NCBI GenBank assembly: GCA_964016885.1
Contig: OZ024743.1
Span: 158,720,001-158,784,000, forward strand
Source: Eledone cirrhosa
Taxonomy: Eukaryota
Direction: 5' to 3'
Length of the DNA: 64,000 nucleotides
Notes under the pieces: generated by a model
Seen by the model: only the letters and a program-made list of their open reading frames with translations
Told to the model about the DNA's origin: nothing
Database searches by the model: none
Position numbers and translations under genes: made by a program
In this document: positions 19,203-33,309 of the stretch, piece by piece
How the letters are laid out: each line of letters starts with the position of its first letter
How positions within the stretch are numbered: position 1 is the first letter of the stretch

Positions 19203-22200
19203 TCTTGAATCTCAGTCATTGATGTTGGTTAACTGGTAAGTCCGTTGGAATGAATATCAAGCCACTACCTGCAGCCTCAGATATTCAGGACGTATCGGAG
19301 GGTTCTTGCTGTTCCCAGCAAGCATGCCTTTTGAAGCGTTCCAAAAAGCGTGAAGGGGCCGATTTTCTTTAAAACCATCCCTGGAAACTTTTGGAGATAG
19401 TCCCCAGTGCGCCTATGACAATCGGGATCACTTTGACTTCATGGCAGTTCCAAATCCTTTTTACCTCCCACTTTAAGTCCAGGTATCGGTTAATTTTCTC
19501 CCTCTCCTTCTCTTGCACTCTCGTGTCGAATGGGCAGGCCACATCCACAATCAGACACGCTCTTTTTTCTTTGTCCACAACCACCAGGTCAGGTCTATTG
19601 TGTTCCAGTTTCTTGTCCGTCTGTATCCTAAAATCCCACAGCACCTTCATCTGATCGTTCTCCATCACCGCCTCTGGCCTATGCTCATACCATTTCTCAG
19701 AATGTGGTAAATTGTTTACTTTGCACAGGTGCCAGTGGATCACCCTGCCCATCACATCATGTCTCCAGCCCTTATAGTGGGTCTGGGCTAGGTGTTTACA
19801 CTCGGATACAATGTGAGCCACAGTCTCCTCTCTCTCTCCACAGATCCTGCACAGTGGGCTAGCCTCCTCCTTGTAAATATGGTGTTTCAACCACTTCGTT
19901 TTGAGGGCCTGCTCCTGCGCAGCCATTAACATTCCTTCTGTAGCCTTTTTGAGGTCTCCTCTTCTCAACCAGTTCCATGTCTGTGGATCTCTAAATTCAG
20001 TTTTCTCAAAGAAGGTACTATGAAGGGATTTTCCCTGAAGGCTGCTCTTTCTCCTTGATGTTATTTCCTCCTTGGACATCCCCTGGCCTACTGTCCCCTT
20101 CTTCAGTACAGTTCTGAGCATTGGCTCCTTACTATCAGTCACGTATTTGTATAGGTTGTTTTTCTCCATCCGAACACAGTCCTCTATGCTGATAAGACCT
20201 CTTCCACCCTCAGATCTCTTTAGGTAGAGTCTATCGACATCACTCCTCTTGTGGAACATGTTGTAGATAGTCAATAGCTTCCTCGTCTTCCTATCCATTT
20301 CTTTTTGTTCAGCAACATTCCATCTCAGAATTCCCGCACTGTATCTAATAATAGACACAGCTCGGGAATTTACTGCGCTTATGGCATTTCTGCTGTTCAG
20401 ATGTGACTTCAATACGCTCCTTACTCTCCGAATGTATTCAGTTCTTAACAATTCCTTCATTTTTTTGTTCTTTATGCCATCAGCCTCCAGAACGCCCAAA
20501 TACTTGTATCCTTCCTCAGAGTCAATTTCCTTTATCATCTCACCTGTTGGTATCTGGATTCCGTTACTTCTGCTCAACCTACCCCTCCTCATCACAATGA
20601 CTCCACACTTACTAATACCAAACTGCATACATATATCACTGCTGAAAATACGGACAGTGTCAACAAGCACATCCAACTCTTTCTCACTCTTCCCGAAGAG
20701 CTTAAGAACGTCCATGAAGAGGAGGTGATTGATGGTAAGCTCTCCCTTTCCCAACTTGTATCCTGCTCTCACTTTTCGCAGCATAATGGTCAAGGGCATC
20801 AGGGCAAGGACACACAACAGAGGGGACAGGCTATCTCCCTGGAAGATACCTCTCTTGATCTTCACGCTTCCCAAGGATTCTCCAGTTGATGTCTACTCTG
20901 TCTCCCAGGCCCCCATACTCCTGCCCAGCAACTGTCTGATGTTATCTGCCACCTTGAAGATCTCCAGGCTTTTGGTGATCCAAGAATGAGGCACCATGTC
21001 AAATGCCTTTCTGTAGTCTATCCATCCCATGGCAAGATCAGTGTGTCTCCTCCTGCAATTCCCCATTACCATCTTATCAATATGTAACTGGTCCTTTGTA
21101 CCACGTGACTTCTTTCGGCATCCTTTCTGTTCGTCCGGTAACAAGTTGTTTGTGTGGAGGTGATGGTAGATTTCCTCAGACACAATGCTCGTCAACAGTT
21201 TCCACATTACGAACAGACATGTGATAGGTCTATAGTTGGTAACATCATTACCCTTGATTCGGTCTTTCATTATCAGAACTGTGGTACCTTTTGTCAACCA
21301 CTCTGGCACCTCACCCGACACCAAGCAGTCATTGAACATGGCCGTCAGTTTCGGGTGGAGGGATGTTAAATTTTTAATCCAATACCCCTGCACACCATCT
21401 GGGCCTGATGATTTCCAGTTGGTTAGTTTTTTGGCCTGCCCCTTAAGAGTTTCAACTGTGATATTCAAATCAGTTTGTTGGTGTGCCTGCTCACCGATCT
21501 CCCTCTGTACTGTCTCAATCCACCCTGCCTGGTCATTATGTCTAACATCCTGCTCCCATATTCCTCTCCAGAATGTTTTAGTTTGTTCCGCCTCAGGGAT
21601 CAAGTCGTTGCCTCTTTCTTTCCCTTCAAGCTGTCCAAACAGCATCTTCTGGTTGTTGTCGAACATGCGGTTCTGTTTATACTGACTGACTCTGTTCTCG
21701 TATCGCCTGATTTTTGCACTCTTTGCTACAATGCGTTGCTTCAGTTCCTCTATGATAATATTTAGCTTTTTCCTCCTAGTTTTGTACTTTATTTCCAGTC
21801 TATTTTTAGTGCCTATGTTTTTTAGTGTCCCCTTCTTTAGTGACTCAAGCTTTCCTATGTCATTTCTCATTTCCTTGATTTGACCACTCAGTCGTTTCTT
21901 CCACCAAGGCTCTGCTCTTTCTTGTCTGTTGTTTCCTCTCACTTTTATACCAAGTAGTTTCCTCACCGTATTTGCTGTTGCTTTGAGGATATTGTTGCAC
22001 TGGTGAAGGGTCCTCGCCTCAAGGTATGGGATGACTTTGTTTACCTTAGCTGTTGTTTCTTTTAACTTTTTCCTGTCTACAAATCTTAGGTTCATAGGTC
22101 ACCCACTATCATTGTTCAATTCATCTACCACTAAATTTAGGATGTCAACCGAATCTTGTCCTAAGCCCGTCAGCATTCATCTCCTCAGTGGCCGTATCTC

Positions 22201-24017
22201 TGTTCCAGGTATTATTTATCTCAGTATTCAGATCATTGTCTGCTTCGGATGGTTCCTCCGTTCTCTCGACCTCTTCACCTTCATCTCCCACTGGCTCGTT
22301 TGTCTGGCATACTACACCCTCCATCTCCAAGCTATTCTCTCTGCTCAGTTCCTCCAGTTCCAGCTCGCTTATCCACCCATTAGTTTTTATTACCCGAGCC
22401 TACCCGGCCAATTTTTGTTCATCTAATTTAAATAGACCAATCTCGTTCCAGATGTTATGCATCCGTCTCCTATAGCCCCTCTTCTTGGAGTTACTTTTCA
22501 GGTAACATTGCATAACAGTTCTATTCAATTCTTTCGTCCAGTTGGTTCTGGCCCCCTTCCTTCTTCTTCTTCCTCCAACACCAGCAGTATTTGGTTGACA
22601 GTCAGGTTCCTGCTGCTGAGCCAGGGAGCACCTGTTGGGTGAGAGTCTGTCACATGACGTTCTAGTCTCCATTTCACCGTTATTCGAACTGTTTAGGTTC
22701 GATATTTAAACACTCTTATCGAGGATTGGCGAATGTATGGTTACATAGCCATCTGTGGATTCACCGTCTCCGGTGGTTGCGCCACTCCATTTGGCACTTG
22801 TATGGCATTATCACCACGTTGTAGACGAACACAAATAAACAAACAAACACACAGGCAGAAAAAACCCCAAAAATGAATAATCATAAGTTTCATTGTAATG
22901 TAGTGTTCGAATGTCTGACTTAGTTTTTCCCTTCTCTTCTCTGTCCGTCCGCTTGTTTCTCTCTTCATTCTTATTTTCTTTACGTTTTTTTTTTTTTGTT
23001 TTTTGTTTTTGTTTTTCTCTGTTTGTTTTTCTCGTTTTTTGCTGTTGTTGCTGTGCTGTTTTGGTTTTGATATTTGTTTTTTCTTTTTTCTTTTGAGTCT
23101 ATCTATATATTTTGATGCCTTCCTCTTTTTTAGTAGGAATTCTATAATGTGGTGGCAGAAACTAGCAGAAGCAATGGGAGACAGTAGCGGTGGTAGCGAT
23201 ACTGAGACAGTGGTGGTGGTGATGTCAATACCGAGGCAGTGGTGGTGGTGATGTGATCGTATTACTGTAGTGATGGTGTTGTAGCGGTGGTAGCAATGAA
23301 GGAGTGGTGGCGGCGGTGATGGGATAGTGGTAGTAATGATAGCAGTAGTGATGGTGTTGTTGTAGCGGTGGTAGGAATGAAGGACTGATGTCCGTTCGGT
23401 GAATCTATGGGGTTAGTCGCGTATATGTGTTGACCTAAATTCCCTTAATGTTGGGATTAAACAGTTTGTTAAGACTTGGGACAATAATAATAGTATTTAT
23501 TATTATCCTTATTATGTTAAGATTGACCTAAATTCCCTTAATGTTGGGATTAAACAGTTTGTTAAGACTTGGGACAATAATAATAGTATTTATTATTATC
23601 CTTATTATGTTAAGATTGGTTGTGGTGGTGGTGAAATTGCCGTTATCTGGCTGTTGTGTTTAGTGTACACAGAGAGGTGATGGGGTAGGTGGTGTATCTA
23701 GTTTCTGGTGTTGGTGAGATTGGTGTTGTTTGGCTGTTCTATATAGTGTAGACAGAGGAGGAGGGGGGGGATTCTTCTTCCATTTATAGCCATTTTCTTT
23801 TTTGAATATACAATGTACAATACAAAGTTGAATATTTGAATATTTGAGCCTTATAACAATATATTTTGGGTCCGAATTTTTTTGGGGCTCAAGCCGGATG
23901 CTTTACGTAGCATTTGTACTAAGAGTTGTTATTTCACAAATGATTTAAATATGTTAAAAATTCAAAACTTACGGGAGCGATTTCATGACCTTCTACCACC
24001 TCGTGCGTCTTCTTCCC
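19203..24017 (-). mobile_element. R4/Dong-like copy B2, full-length but ORF disrupted
   Basis: ORF pieces 22400-22672, 22145-22330, 20893-22095 and 19369-20874 nearly identical to the B1 protein; same termini; flanked by (TAA)n. Confidence 0.92.
23430..23615. repeat. 93-bp tandem duplication in the B2 5'UTR
   Basis: ttgacctaaattccc...tatgttaaga at 23430 and 23523. Confidence 0.92.
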
Positions 24018-24073
<56 letters not shown>

Positions 24074-24082
24074 ATTATTATT

Positions 24083-24201
24083 CCGCCGAGGTTAACTTTG
24101 CCTTTCATCCTTACGGGGTCGATAAAATAAAGTACCAGTAATGCACTGGATTAATTGCTGGCCTGGTGCCAAAAGTAGAAACAATTATTATTATTATTAT
24201 T
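24083..24201 (+). mobile_element. 5'-truncated tRNA-derived SINE with (TTA)n tail
   Basis: ccgccgaggttaactttgcctttcatccttacggggtcgataaaataaagtaccag matches the reverse complement of the copies at 34271 and 45201. Confidence 0.85.
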
Positions 24202-27200
24202 GGAGACCTACGTAGTAAATCGTATCATCGTGAGCTCCGCAAAGGTTTGTTATTTTCAGTTGTTTAAAATTGCCATTTATGGAAAATTTTTATTGTTAAC
24301 TGTATATAAGTGCACATACATTGATTTCTGAAAAGGACACTCAAAAAGATTGGGGCCTTGAGCCCAAAATTTAAACTTTTTATAATTATCAAAAAAAAAA
24401 AAATTTTCTTTTAAAAGTCATGGCCGACTCAGTGTCACACCTTCCTCACAAACTAACACCTCACACCGACACCACCATTGTAAATATTACTACGTTTGCC
24501 AACACTAAAAATATAAGCAGTTGCAATATTTTAAATTTGTCTCATGCAGACATTCATTTCTCGCCATTACCAATGACTGCGGGTGTTAAAGCCGCCACCC
24601 CCACCACCACCACAGCGACAACAGAAACAAAAGAAAAAAATAAATTAACTCGTGATATCGAAATGAATTCAACCAAAATGAACTCTTCCACACCGAACAC
24701 CACTGACGCCACCACCACCACAACTGAAACTAAAATTAACAATAACAAAAATAACGATAACAACAACAGCAACAATGAAATTAAGAAAACTACCCTGAGT
24801 TTAGCCAGAGTAGCAAAAACGTGCGAAGCGATCCAGGTAACTCTGGAGGAATTAGAAGAAGCCAAAAGAATGGTAAAGAAAGATGGGTACAGGGTTAGCC
24901 CCCCCCCACACCTAATAAAATGGAGCATCGTCGCCTATGCACCGTGTCTTATCGGACAATTAACATAAAATCGTGCCGAGTCCCAAATCCCAAAAGCTTT
25001 GGAACATGTGTGGGCAAAAAAAAACCCCACATCAGACGTGGGCAGAAATATGGAACCGTGGATGTGTTCTTTGAAATACCACAGGAGGCCAGAGAACACT
25101 CCATGGCCCCATTAAGAAGTGACGACTTCACACTCGTCCCAAGCTATTGTGGCCAGAGACTTGTGAAGATCAGGGTGACCCACGTTCCACCGGCCATCGA
25201 AATTCCCTGGCTAATGGCTGCCGTCCTCGCCGGCATCGAGGCCAACACCAAGATAATCGAAATAGCGAAATAAAAGCAGGAGAACTGGTCCGGATCTGGG
25301 ATGGAGCTCCTGATCCAAGCGGACCATAAAAGCATTGAGGGGATCCCAGAGGTAATAGACCTCACTGACGGCAGCCACCTCACCGTAATCGTCGAGGGCA
25401 GAAGGCCTAGGTGTGTCGTTTGTGGCGAAGGAACCCACCTAAGGGCTTTCTGCCCTCAGGCTAAAAGGTTGAGACCACCTCTCTTACCCACCCCAGTGAC
25501 TCAACCATCAACACCACCAGCAGCAGAGATGGCAGCAACAACTGTAGCAGCAACAACAGAAGCAACTGTAACAGCAACAACCGCAGCAACAGTAGCAAAA
25601 CCAACACCACCACCACCCAACGCGCCAGAACTAGCACCAGCGCCTACACTATCCACCACGCCACAACCAAAACCATTCCCTGGAGACAGATTGTGACGAC
25701 GAGGAGTGGGAAACGGTATCAGGAAAAAAGAAAAAAAGAAACCAAAAAATAAAAAATTCTCTTCCTTCCCCCTCCAAAAACAAAATACAGAGGGAAACAA
25801 ATAAATTATCAAACAAAAAAGTTAGGACAGATATGCCACCATCCAAACCAGCATCACCAACCCCATCACCACAAACACCAACACCATCACCATCATTAAC
25901 CCCGACACCACAATTGTCACCAAAAAGCGTAACAGAAACAAATCCACAACAAACGCAAACAAAACAAAACAACCAAAACGATACACACTACACAGCATTA
26001 AATTTGAACAACAACCAATTATTACACTACATGCAACACAACACCAGCATCACAGAAAAAGACTACACAACAACCCAAAAGTTCACACCACCTCCACACA
26101 TACAAATCACTCGCATCACACAGAAAACGTACACGACACTAAAACAAAAATTCCCCAAAGACATCGGAGACTTCCGACAAACACTCTCCAGGAGGATTTA
26201 TAAGGACATCCTTCTGGAGGAGGCCACAAGCAGTGAAAAGGATGGACAAACCATCTTTCCTCTACGAGAAGTAAGGTAAGTGGTCTTTCCCATCTTTTCC
26301 ACTTCATTTCAACATGACCTCACTCATAATAGGCAGCATAGATGCGCGTTGTTTGGGTTCGTCATGGAAGCAGGGTCACCTGCTCAACGACCTCAGGTCA
26401 CTAAACATAGATGTAGTGGCCATCAGCGAGACCAGAATCTCCGAAGCACGGGCCTTCGCACCGATCTTCGGCGGCTACGATGTGTACGCATCTCCCAGCC
26501 GTCCGGGATCGGGGGGAGGAGTTGTTGTGCTTTTTCGGAGAGGTTTGGATCTTGCCATACGGGCCATCTTCCTGGACCCAGAAGGTAAGTTGGTGGTGCT
26601 GGACGTGACCAGCGGAGACGGGCAAGCTTTCAGGTTAGTGGCCGTCTATGCCCCGACAGGAGCAGGGCGGCCTGATTTCTTCCGGCGTCTGGAGACCTTT
26701 CTTGGAACGTCCCGCTCTTTAGTGTTAGTGGGCGACTGGAACGGGATCTTAGATGCACGCTGGGATTGTGTGGGATTAGTGGATAGGGAGGAGGGTGCAA
26801 GAGTCTCACCAACCTGCTCAGGCGTTTTGAACTGTCTGACAGGTACCGATTGGATTTCCCGAATGTACCAATGTGAACTTGGACAAATCGCATAGGGTCA
26901 TCCAGATCATATCTAGATAGAGTATTTTGTAGGGAAATAGATATGTCTAACATAGGCTGTCCACAATTCAAGATAGTTAGCTACACGGACCACAAATTCG
27001 TGATCTGTGTGCTTGACTTAGATAGGCTTCATAGACGAGGACCCGGCTACTGGAAGCTAAACGCGTCCTTACCAGCGCGCAAGGACTACAGAGACCGGAT
27101 TAGCGAACTAGTTAAGCGGGCATTGACGGGGGCCATCGTCAACAACAAGTGGTGGTTTGCTCTGAAAAGAGCAATTAGAATAAAGTCCATTAGGTTTAGT

Positions 27201-29964
27201 AAGGCTTTAGCAATAGAGAAAAATAGAGCAGAGGGAGAATTAGTTAGAAAATTAGACGAGGCGCTTTGCAAAGGCATCGCGACCGACGTACTTGCGGCGA
27301 ATTTGGCCCTTGACCAATTCTTCAATGCAAAGCACGAAGGCTGCGTTGTCAGAGCTAGGGTGCGAACTCTTAGATATGAGGGGACGAAAGCCGTTCAATG
27401 GGCCCGAGTGGCGGAGGCGCGTCGTGGCAACAAAGCCACGATCCGGTCTTTGGTGGACAACGACCGGCGCATGCTACTCAATCCCGGGCAAATGTGTGAA
27501 GCTTTTCAGCGACACTTCGGGGGAAGCGGCGGACCGGATCGAAGGATGGACTTTAGTGTCTACCTCGACGGACTGCCGCGGCTCTCGGCCACTGAGGCGG
27601 AGTGTTGCGAAAAGCCGATAACAGCCGCTGAAGTACGGGAGGCAATGACTGGCTGCACAAGGGGTAAATCGCCTGGTTTGGATGGTCTGCCCTATGAACT
27701 TTACGTACAAATGCCAGACTTGTTCGGAGGCCTCTTGGCGGACGTCTACTGCAACTGGCAACAGAACGGGAGAATTCCCAACTCTGTGAGCCGAGGAGCG
27801 GTGGCGCTGCTGAGAAAGGATCCGAACAAGGGGGATAACATAGATAATTTTAGGCCCATAACTCTGCTAAACACAGAGTTCAAGATTTTGGCCAAGGTGC
27901 TAGCAAAGAGGTTGGCGCTTGTCGTTGGTGGTCTGGTGGGAGAGGCGCAGACATGCGCCATTCCCGACAGATCCATCCACGACAACCTCCACCTCATGCG
28001 ATACATCGTAGAGAGGGTAGCTAGGGAACCTGGCACGGGTGGGTCTTTGATAAATTTAGATCAGTCGAAAGCCTTCGATAGGGTCGACCATCGTTACTTA
28101 GCGGCAGTCCTGAGGGCGGCTGGCTTTGGGCCCGTCTTCAGAGGCTGGATCGCTGCCATGCACAGCGACATCTGCTCTGTGGTGAGAGTGAACTGTCACC
28201 TTTCGGAACCGTTCAACATCATGCGCTTGGTCCGCCAAGGATGTCCCCTCTCGTCCCTCTTGTACGTATTGACTCTCGAGCCATTACTGCACAAACTGGA
28301 GACGTTGAGGGGGGTCCCGCGCGAACTAGGATGCGGAAGATCCGTGTCAGCATATGCGGACGATGTCACCGTAGTGGTGTCGAACGCCAAACACATCGAG
28401 GCGATCGGCACTACACTAAGAGAATACGAAGCGGTGACAGGAGCAATGATCAACCAGGAAAAGTCAGTGGGCCTGCAGCTCGGCACCTGGAGAGGCAGGT
28501 CCATGCCGTCCAACAGCGTCGTCGGGCGCTGGATGGACGGACGGGTTAAATTGCTAGGGTCTGGTTTCGGTCCGGACCTCCAGACGGACTAAAACTGGGA
28601 CGAGGTGACGAGCAGGGTGGCTTCTCTCACCCAGAAATTGGCCGAGAGGAAGCTATCCCTGAAAGGTCGAGCGGAGGTGGCTAACGCGTACTTCGCGTCC
28701 GTCATCTACTACCGCCTGACCGTCGTACCTTGTCCTAAGCCCCACCTGACTGCGCTGGAGCGTTTGATCTTTCGCTTCTTGTGGAAGGGACGCGCTCCGA
28801 TGGTCAGGCGGTCCATCTGCTGTCAACACCCGCTACGTGGAGGGCTGGGCATGCCGTGGATGATGATGCGCAGATACGCGCTCAGGCTACGACATCTTCA
28901 CCTCTTCATCGGCGGTGATCAGATGTGGTCGCCGTTTGCTAGACACGTTTTTCCCCAGCTCGTCTTCTTGACGGAGCTGCAGTCCTGGGTCAAGCGAAGA
29001 CCGAGAGGGAGCGCTTGGAGACTGGAATGTCTTCAGGCGCTCACAGCCCTCGACCAATCGGGCAATATGATCTGTGGAAACTCCACCTTGGCGTTCTATA
29101 GGGGATTAGTGGAGGGGAAGAGCGACGACGTACTTGGAGAAACTCTAGGCGTCGACGAAAATCAACTAGCCAATCTCTTCGGAAGAACTTTCGGGCCGGG
29201 GCCTATGGACAACTTCCAGAAATCCCTGGCCTGGCAGTGCTACCGGGGAGCTTTGCCAGTTCGGGATAAACTCTACAGGCATGGAGGTGGCGTCAGCCGG
29301 GCATGTCCGAGATGCGCACAGGGCGACGAAACCGTCCTGCACGCACTCGTCCAGTGTCCGAGCATTGCTGACTTGTGGGTTTATGTCGAACACCTGCTGT
29401 CACGTGTAGGACGCATCCAGCTATCAGCTGAGTCCATCGTGAGGATCGCCCCGCCCTCTTCCTTTAGCCGGGAAGGGTAGGCAGTTTTTATCTGTCTGGT
29501 GGCCATGGCGAAAGAGATAGTATGGTGGACACGTTTGAAAGGGCTGAAGACGAGCACTTACCTCTTCGGTGATGCCCTGATTAACTTTTTCAAATTTCAT
29601 TTGAAAAGGAAAATCAGGGTAGAGAGGGAAGTGCTCTCTTCCCAGCATTTTGTTGAAAGATGGGTGAGAGAAGCAAGTATGGCCCGAATGAATGGGCCTT
29701 CTCTGAGTATGTGTCTGTAAATTAAAGGTGGAAAACTGGGAGAGGGCACTTGCCCTGGTGGTCAGGGTCACTGTGGTCTTTTAATGGGCTTTCTCCACAA
29801 ATGTCCCTCGGAAGTCTCCCCCCTATTGGGGAATTTTTCTTTGTTATTTTATTACATCCTCTGTTTTTTTTACACGCAGAAATGCCCATTTGTACCGTCC
29901 TGTATTGTCCTGTACTGTCCTTAATGTCTACTTTATGTAAACCCTTGTGGTTAATAAAGAAAAC
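24202..29964 (+). mobile_element. Tx1/L1-clade LINE copy 3, full-length, both ORFs disrupted
   Basis: ORF1 pieces 24420-26279 (CVVCGEGTHLRAFC knuckle); ORF2 pieces 26314-29720 nearly identical to copy 2; (TTA)n at both ends. Confidence 0.93.
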
Positions 29965-30102
29965 ATTATTATTATTATTATTATTATTATATATGTCTGT
30001 GTGTGTGTGTAATTCGGAATCCTTTTTCGTAGATGAATGGAATGGAACCACAGTTAAATAAACTATTCAATACATTAGTAAAGAAGGTATATATTTGTTT
30101 TT

Positions 30103-30262
30103 ATATAGAAAAGTCTCCTACCTGACTAGAATTGATCCATCCCTTTGAAATCATCAGGGAAGAAAAAGTAGCTAAATACCGAACTTGATTAAAATTATTT
30201 TACTTTCCTGGTGATTTCAAACGAATGATATATAATTCTAGTCCCGAAGAGTCATTTCTATA
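30103..30262. repeat. Short imperfect foldback
   Basis: gactagaatt..tttgaaatcatcagg vs cctggtgatttcaaa..aattctagtc. Confidence 0.6.
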
Positions 30263-31029
30263 TTAAATACACACGCGCACATGTATATGTAAAGTATTAA
30301 TCGTTTTAATAAGGATTGAGCAAATTCTAATTTTGGTCGTATGTTAACTTATAATAAGCTGATACATCGTTAGTGTCACTATAAAGTAGTCGAACAAGGT
30401 TTGCATAAAAGCCCCTAGCAACGGAAAAAAGTGACAGGTTTGTCTGTAGGAATCGAACTCGCATCACCTGGCTGAAACATATAAGTTCTCAATCTCAGTT
30501 TGATATAATGGTAATGCAGTTGTCTGTCAACCCCTTTCAATTTTTTCAAAAACACTGGTGCTCTGTGTAGTATTGAGCATGCAATCTAAGTATAATTTGA
30601 AGATGTTGTGGTGTAGTCATGAGGCGAGTGAAAGAATGCGCTGTTGTGCTGGTTCCAGCTACCTTTGAGATGAATACTCTCTATGTCGTTTGTAGCTATA
30701 TTATTTGTGGAGGTGTAAACATTGTATACAATGTCTATTTCTTTTAGATATTTGCTTTTTGGGGAGGAGAGTTCAATATTTTATTAATTGTGTACATTAG
30801 TTACTTCTGCTCTTGATCTAATTCCAATATTTTTGCATTGTAATACTTAATGTCATTTGTTGTTCTGAATGCAGCTGCAGCACATGTTTATGTTGTTCTT
30901 GATAATTTGTACCTGTTTAGAAATAATTTATCAAGGAGAGAATGTATTCGGCAGGTTTTACACGAATATTATACAGTGGATTATATCATTTAATATTTCT
31001 CTTCGTAGTTACTACGACGTAGTACATTG

Positions 31030-31235
31030 ATTTCTAATTTAGGCACAGCACATTTGGAGGAAGGGACAAATTGATTAAATCAACTCCAAAACTGGACTGG
31101 TACTTCTTGAATCGACCCCGGAAGAATGGAAATTAAAGTTGACCACGGTGGGATTTGAATTCGGACTGTACATATTTAGAAGAAATACCGCAATAGTAGT
31201 TTATCCGACGTTCTGTAAATTCTGCTAATCCATTA
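31030..31235 (-). mobile_element. Older, diverged tRNA-derived SINE
   Basis: actggtact..atcgacccc..aaagttgaccacggtgggatttgaa resembles the SINE at 45201-45384. Confidence 0.7.
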
Positions 31236-31734
31236 ACCTCTGTACAGTATTGAAAGCGGTTGCTAGGTGCTTGTAGTAACTAGTTCATATTTTTCCTGGC
31301 ATCGGCTATGAGTTCGTGCATCATTATAGTAATCCTGTACAGCTCCATCTAACCAAGCGCTTTGAACATACTATTATAACACGCGCATACATTTAGGAGC
31401 ATTAATTTCTCTAATTTACTTTTTGTCACCTATTCGTTGGAATCGCTTTATGAAATACATTGAAGATATTTAAGAAAAAAAATATTAAAGAATAGAAGAG
31501 AACAGCGCACAAGAAGTAAAAGAAAGACTCGAAGTTAGATAGAGGGAAGAGAGAAATAATATAGGGGAAAGAACAAAGACTAAAGAAATGAGAGTTTTGT
31601 TGAAAGAGAAAAGCAAAGATACAACACGAATAATAGAAAAAAACGAACAGAACGAAAAAAAGAAAATCGAAAAGAAAAAGAAAATATATTTGAACACTTT
31701 TACATCCTCATTAACATCACTCACTTACTCACCT

Positions 31735-31771
<37 letters not shown>

Positions 31772-32867
31772 GTGCGCGTGTCAGCCCCCACGTGAATGCG
31801 TGTGTATAGTGAGAGAGAGAGAAAAAGAGTGGGCTCTAAAGAAGGAATTTTAAAGAGAAACGAGAATAATTACAAAAAAGCAGCAACAGCAACAACAATA
31901 AATAACATACACACACGAGAAAAAAACAACAACAACAAAAACCGCTTTAAAGTAAGGTAATTGTTAAAATTGGGGGAATTAAACGTTTCAGCTATTGAAT
32001 GGCGGAAACGACAGGGGAGTTAATTCTGTATAGATACTTAAGACTGAATTTCGAAGACGTAATAAGTTGTGGAGCAAACAAGATGTAAAAGAAGGAAAAA
32101 ACAACTAATAAATAAAATAATCAATAAATTGAAACTACGTGAGAAATTTCGTTCTATAACATCATCAAATCATCTAGAAAATCGAACGCTTTATAATTCC
32201 CAAAGGAATTATAAAGCAGACGTATTCTATTAATGCATTTACACACGCACACGTAGAAGAACTTGCTTACGCAAACACATATAGACATGAGTAAATATAG
32301 AGGTAATATCATAGGTAGAAACATTAAAAATAAAAACAAAAGTAAATACGTAATAACATTTATAAAACATAAGTAAATAAGTAATAACATTAAAAACTAA
32401 CAAGTAAATACCTAATAACATTTAAAAAGCGTAGGTAAATAGCATATTTATATATAGATAAATAAATATGTAGACGGCGTTGTATCCACATGTTTAATAG
32501 ACATATTTTCTCCTGTCTGTAAAGTTAAATCCTGCAGTTAGACTACAGGGCTTCCGGCAGCTTGGAATGAAAAACGAAACGACTAGTTTAATCATTTTTT
32601 GAACTTTTAGCAGAAATATTAGTTGGTGTGTTTGGTCGTGTGTCGCATGCATTGATGTGTAATTGAAATGGGGTAAGCAATTTTCTCCCAAAGCATTACA
32701 ATTTAAGTGGAAAACTGTTAAGTATTTATATATTTTAACCATCAAATTACGTTATGTTATTCTAATTATTTCACAGAAATATAATTAAAATCACGAAAAG
32801 GATTATTTTGTTTTAATGTATTTGTGTTTAGATATAATAAGAAAGCACTATATAAATAACACCACAC

Positions 32868-33309
32868 CACAGCCGGATTTAGACTATGGGGGGGGGGGGG
32901 GCACTTCATGTTTGGAGAGCCTCTCATACACAAAAAAAATACAATATACAGCATATCCCAATTTATACATATCAAAGTCGGCTTGGCACAAGTAATAGGA
33001 ATTGAACACATACAGAACACATGTAGGTATTAAATAAAAAAAAAATGTTGACTCCATGTAAGCGACATCAAATACTTTTTATTACAATATTGTCTAATAA
33101 CAATCTTGTTTCTAAAGTTGAGAACGCTTGATGAGTAAGGACATGAAATACTTTTGTTAAAAATATAGTTCTCGTCAAAAAGATAACACTAAAAAGCCCA
33201 GCAGAGGGCACAAATAAATGGCTACGACCGTCACTCGTGCCCCCCCCCCCTCCTCCTGTTGGATGCTCGGGACAATTTCCCCCTTTGTCCCTCATTAAAT
33301 CTGGCTCTG
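32868..33309. mobile_element. Probable non-autonomous hAT-type DNA transposon (MITE)
   Basis: Termini cacagccggattta / taaatctggctctg form a 14-bp imperfect TIR; 8-bp flanks caccacac / cattacag match at 5 of 8 positions. Confidence 0.5.

Noticed and set aside
30436-30475. tRNA-like B box (gagttcgattcc on -)
   Set aside because: No cloverleaf or clear A box; at most an old SINE head, not a tRNA gene
31440-32460. Possible host promoter or first exon (gtaagg donor-like at ~31952) and short A-rich repeats at 32320-32440
   Set aside because: No coding signal or corroborating structure; low complexity
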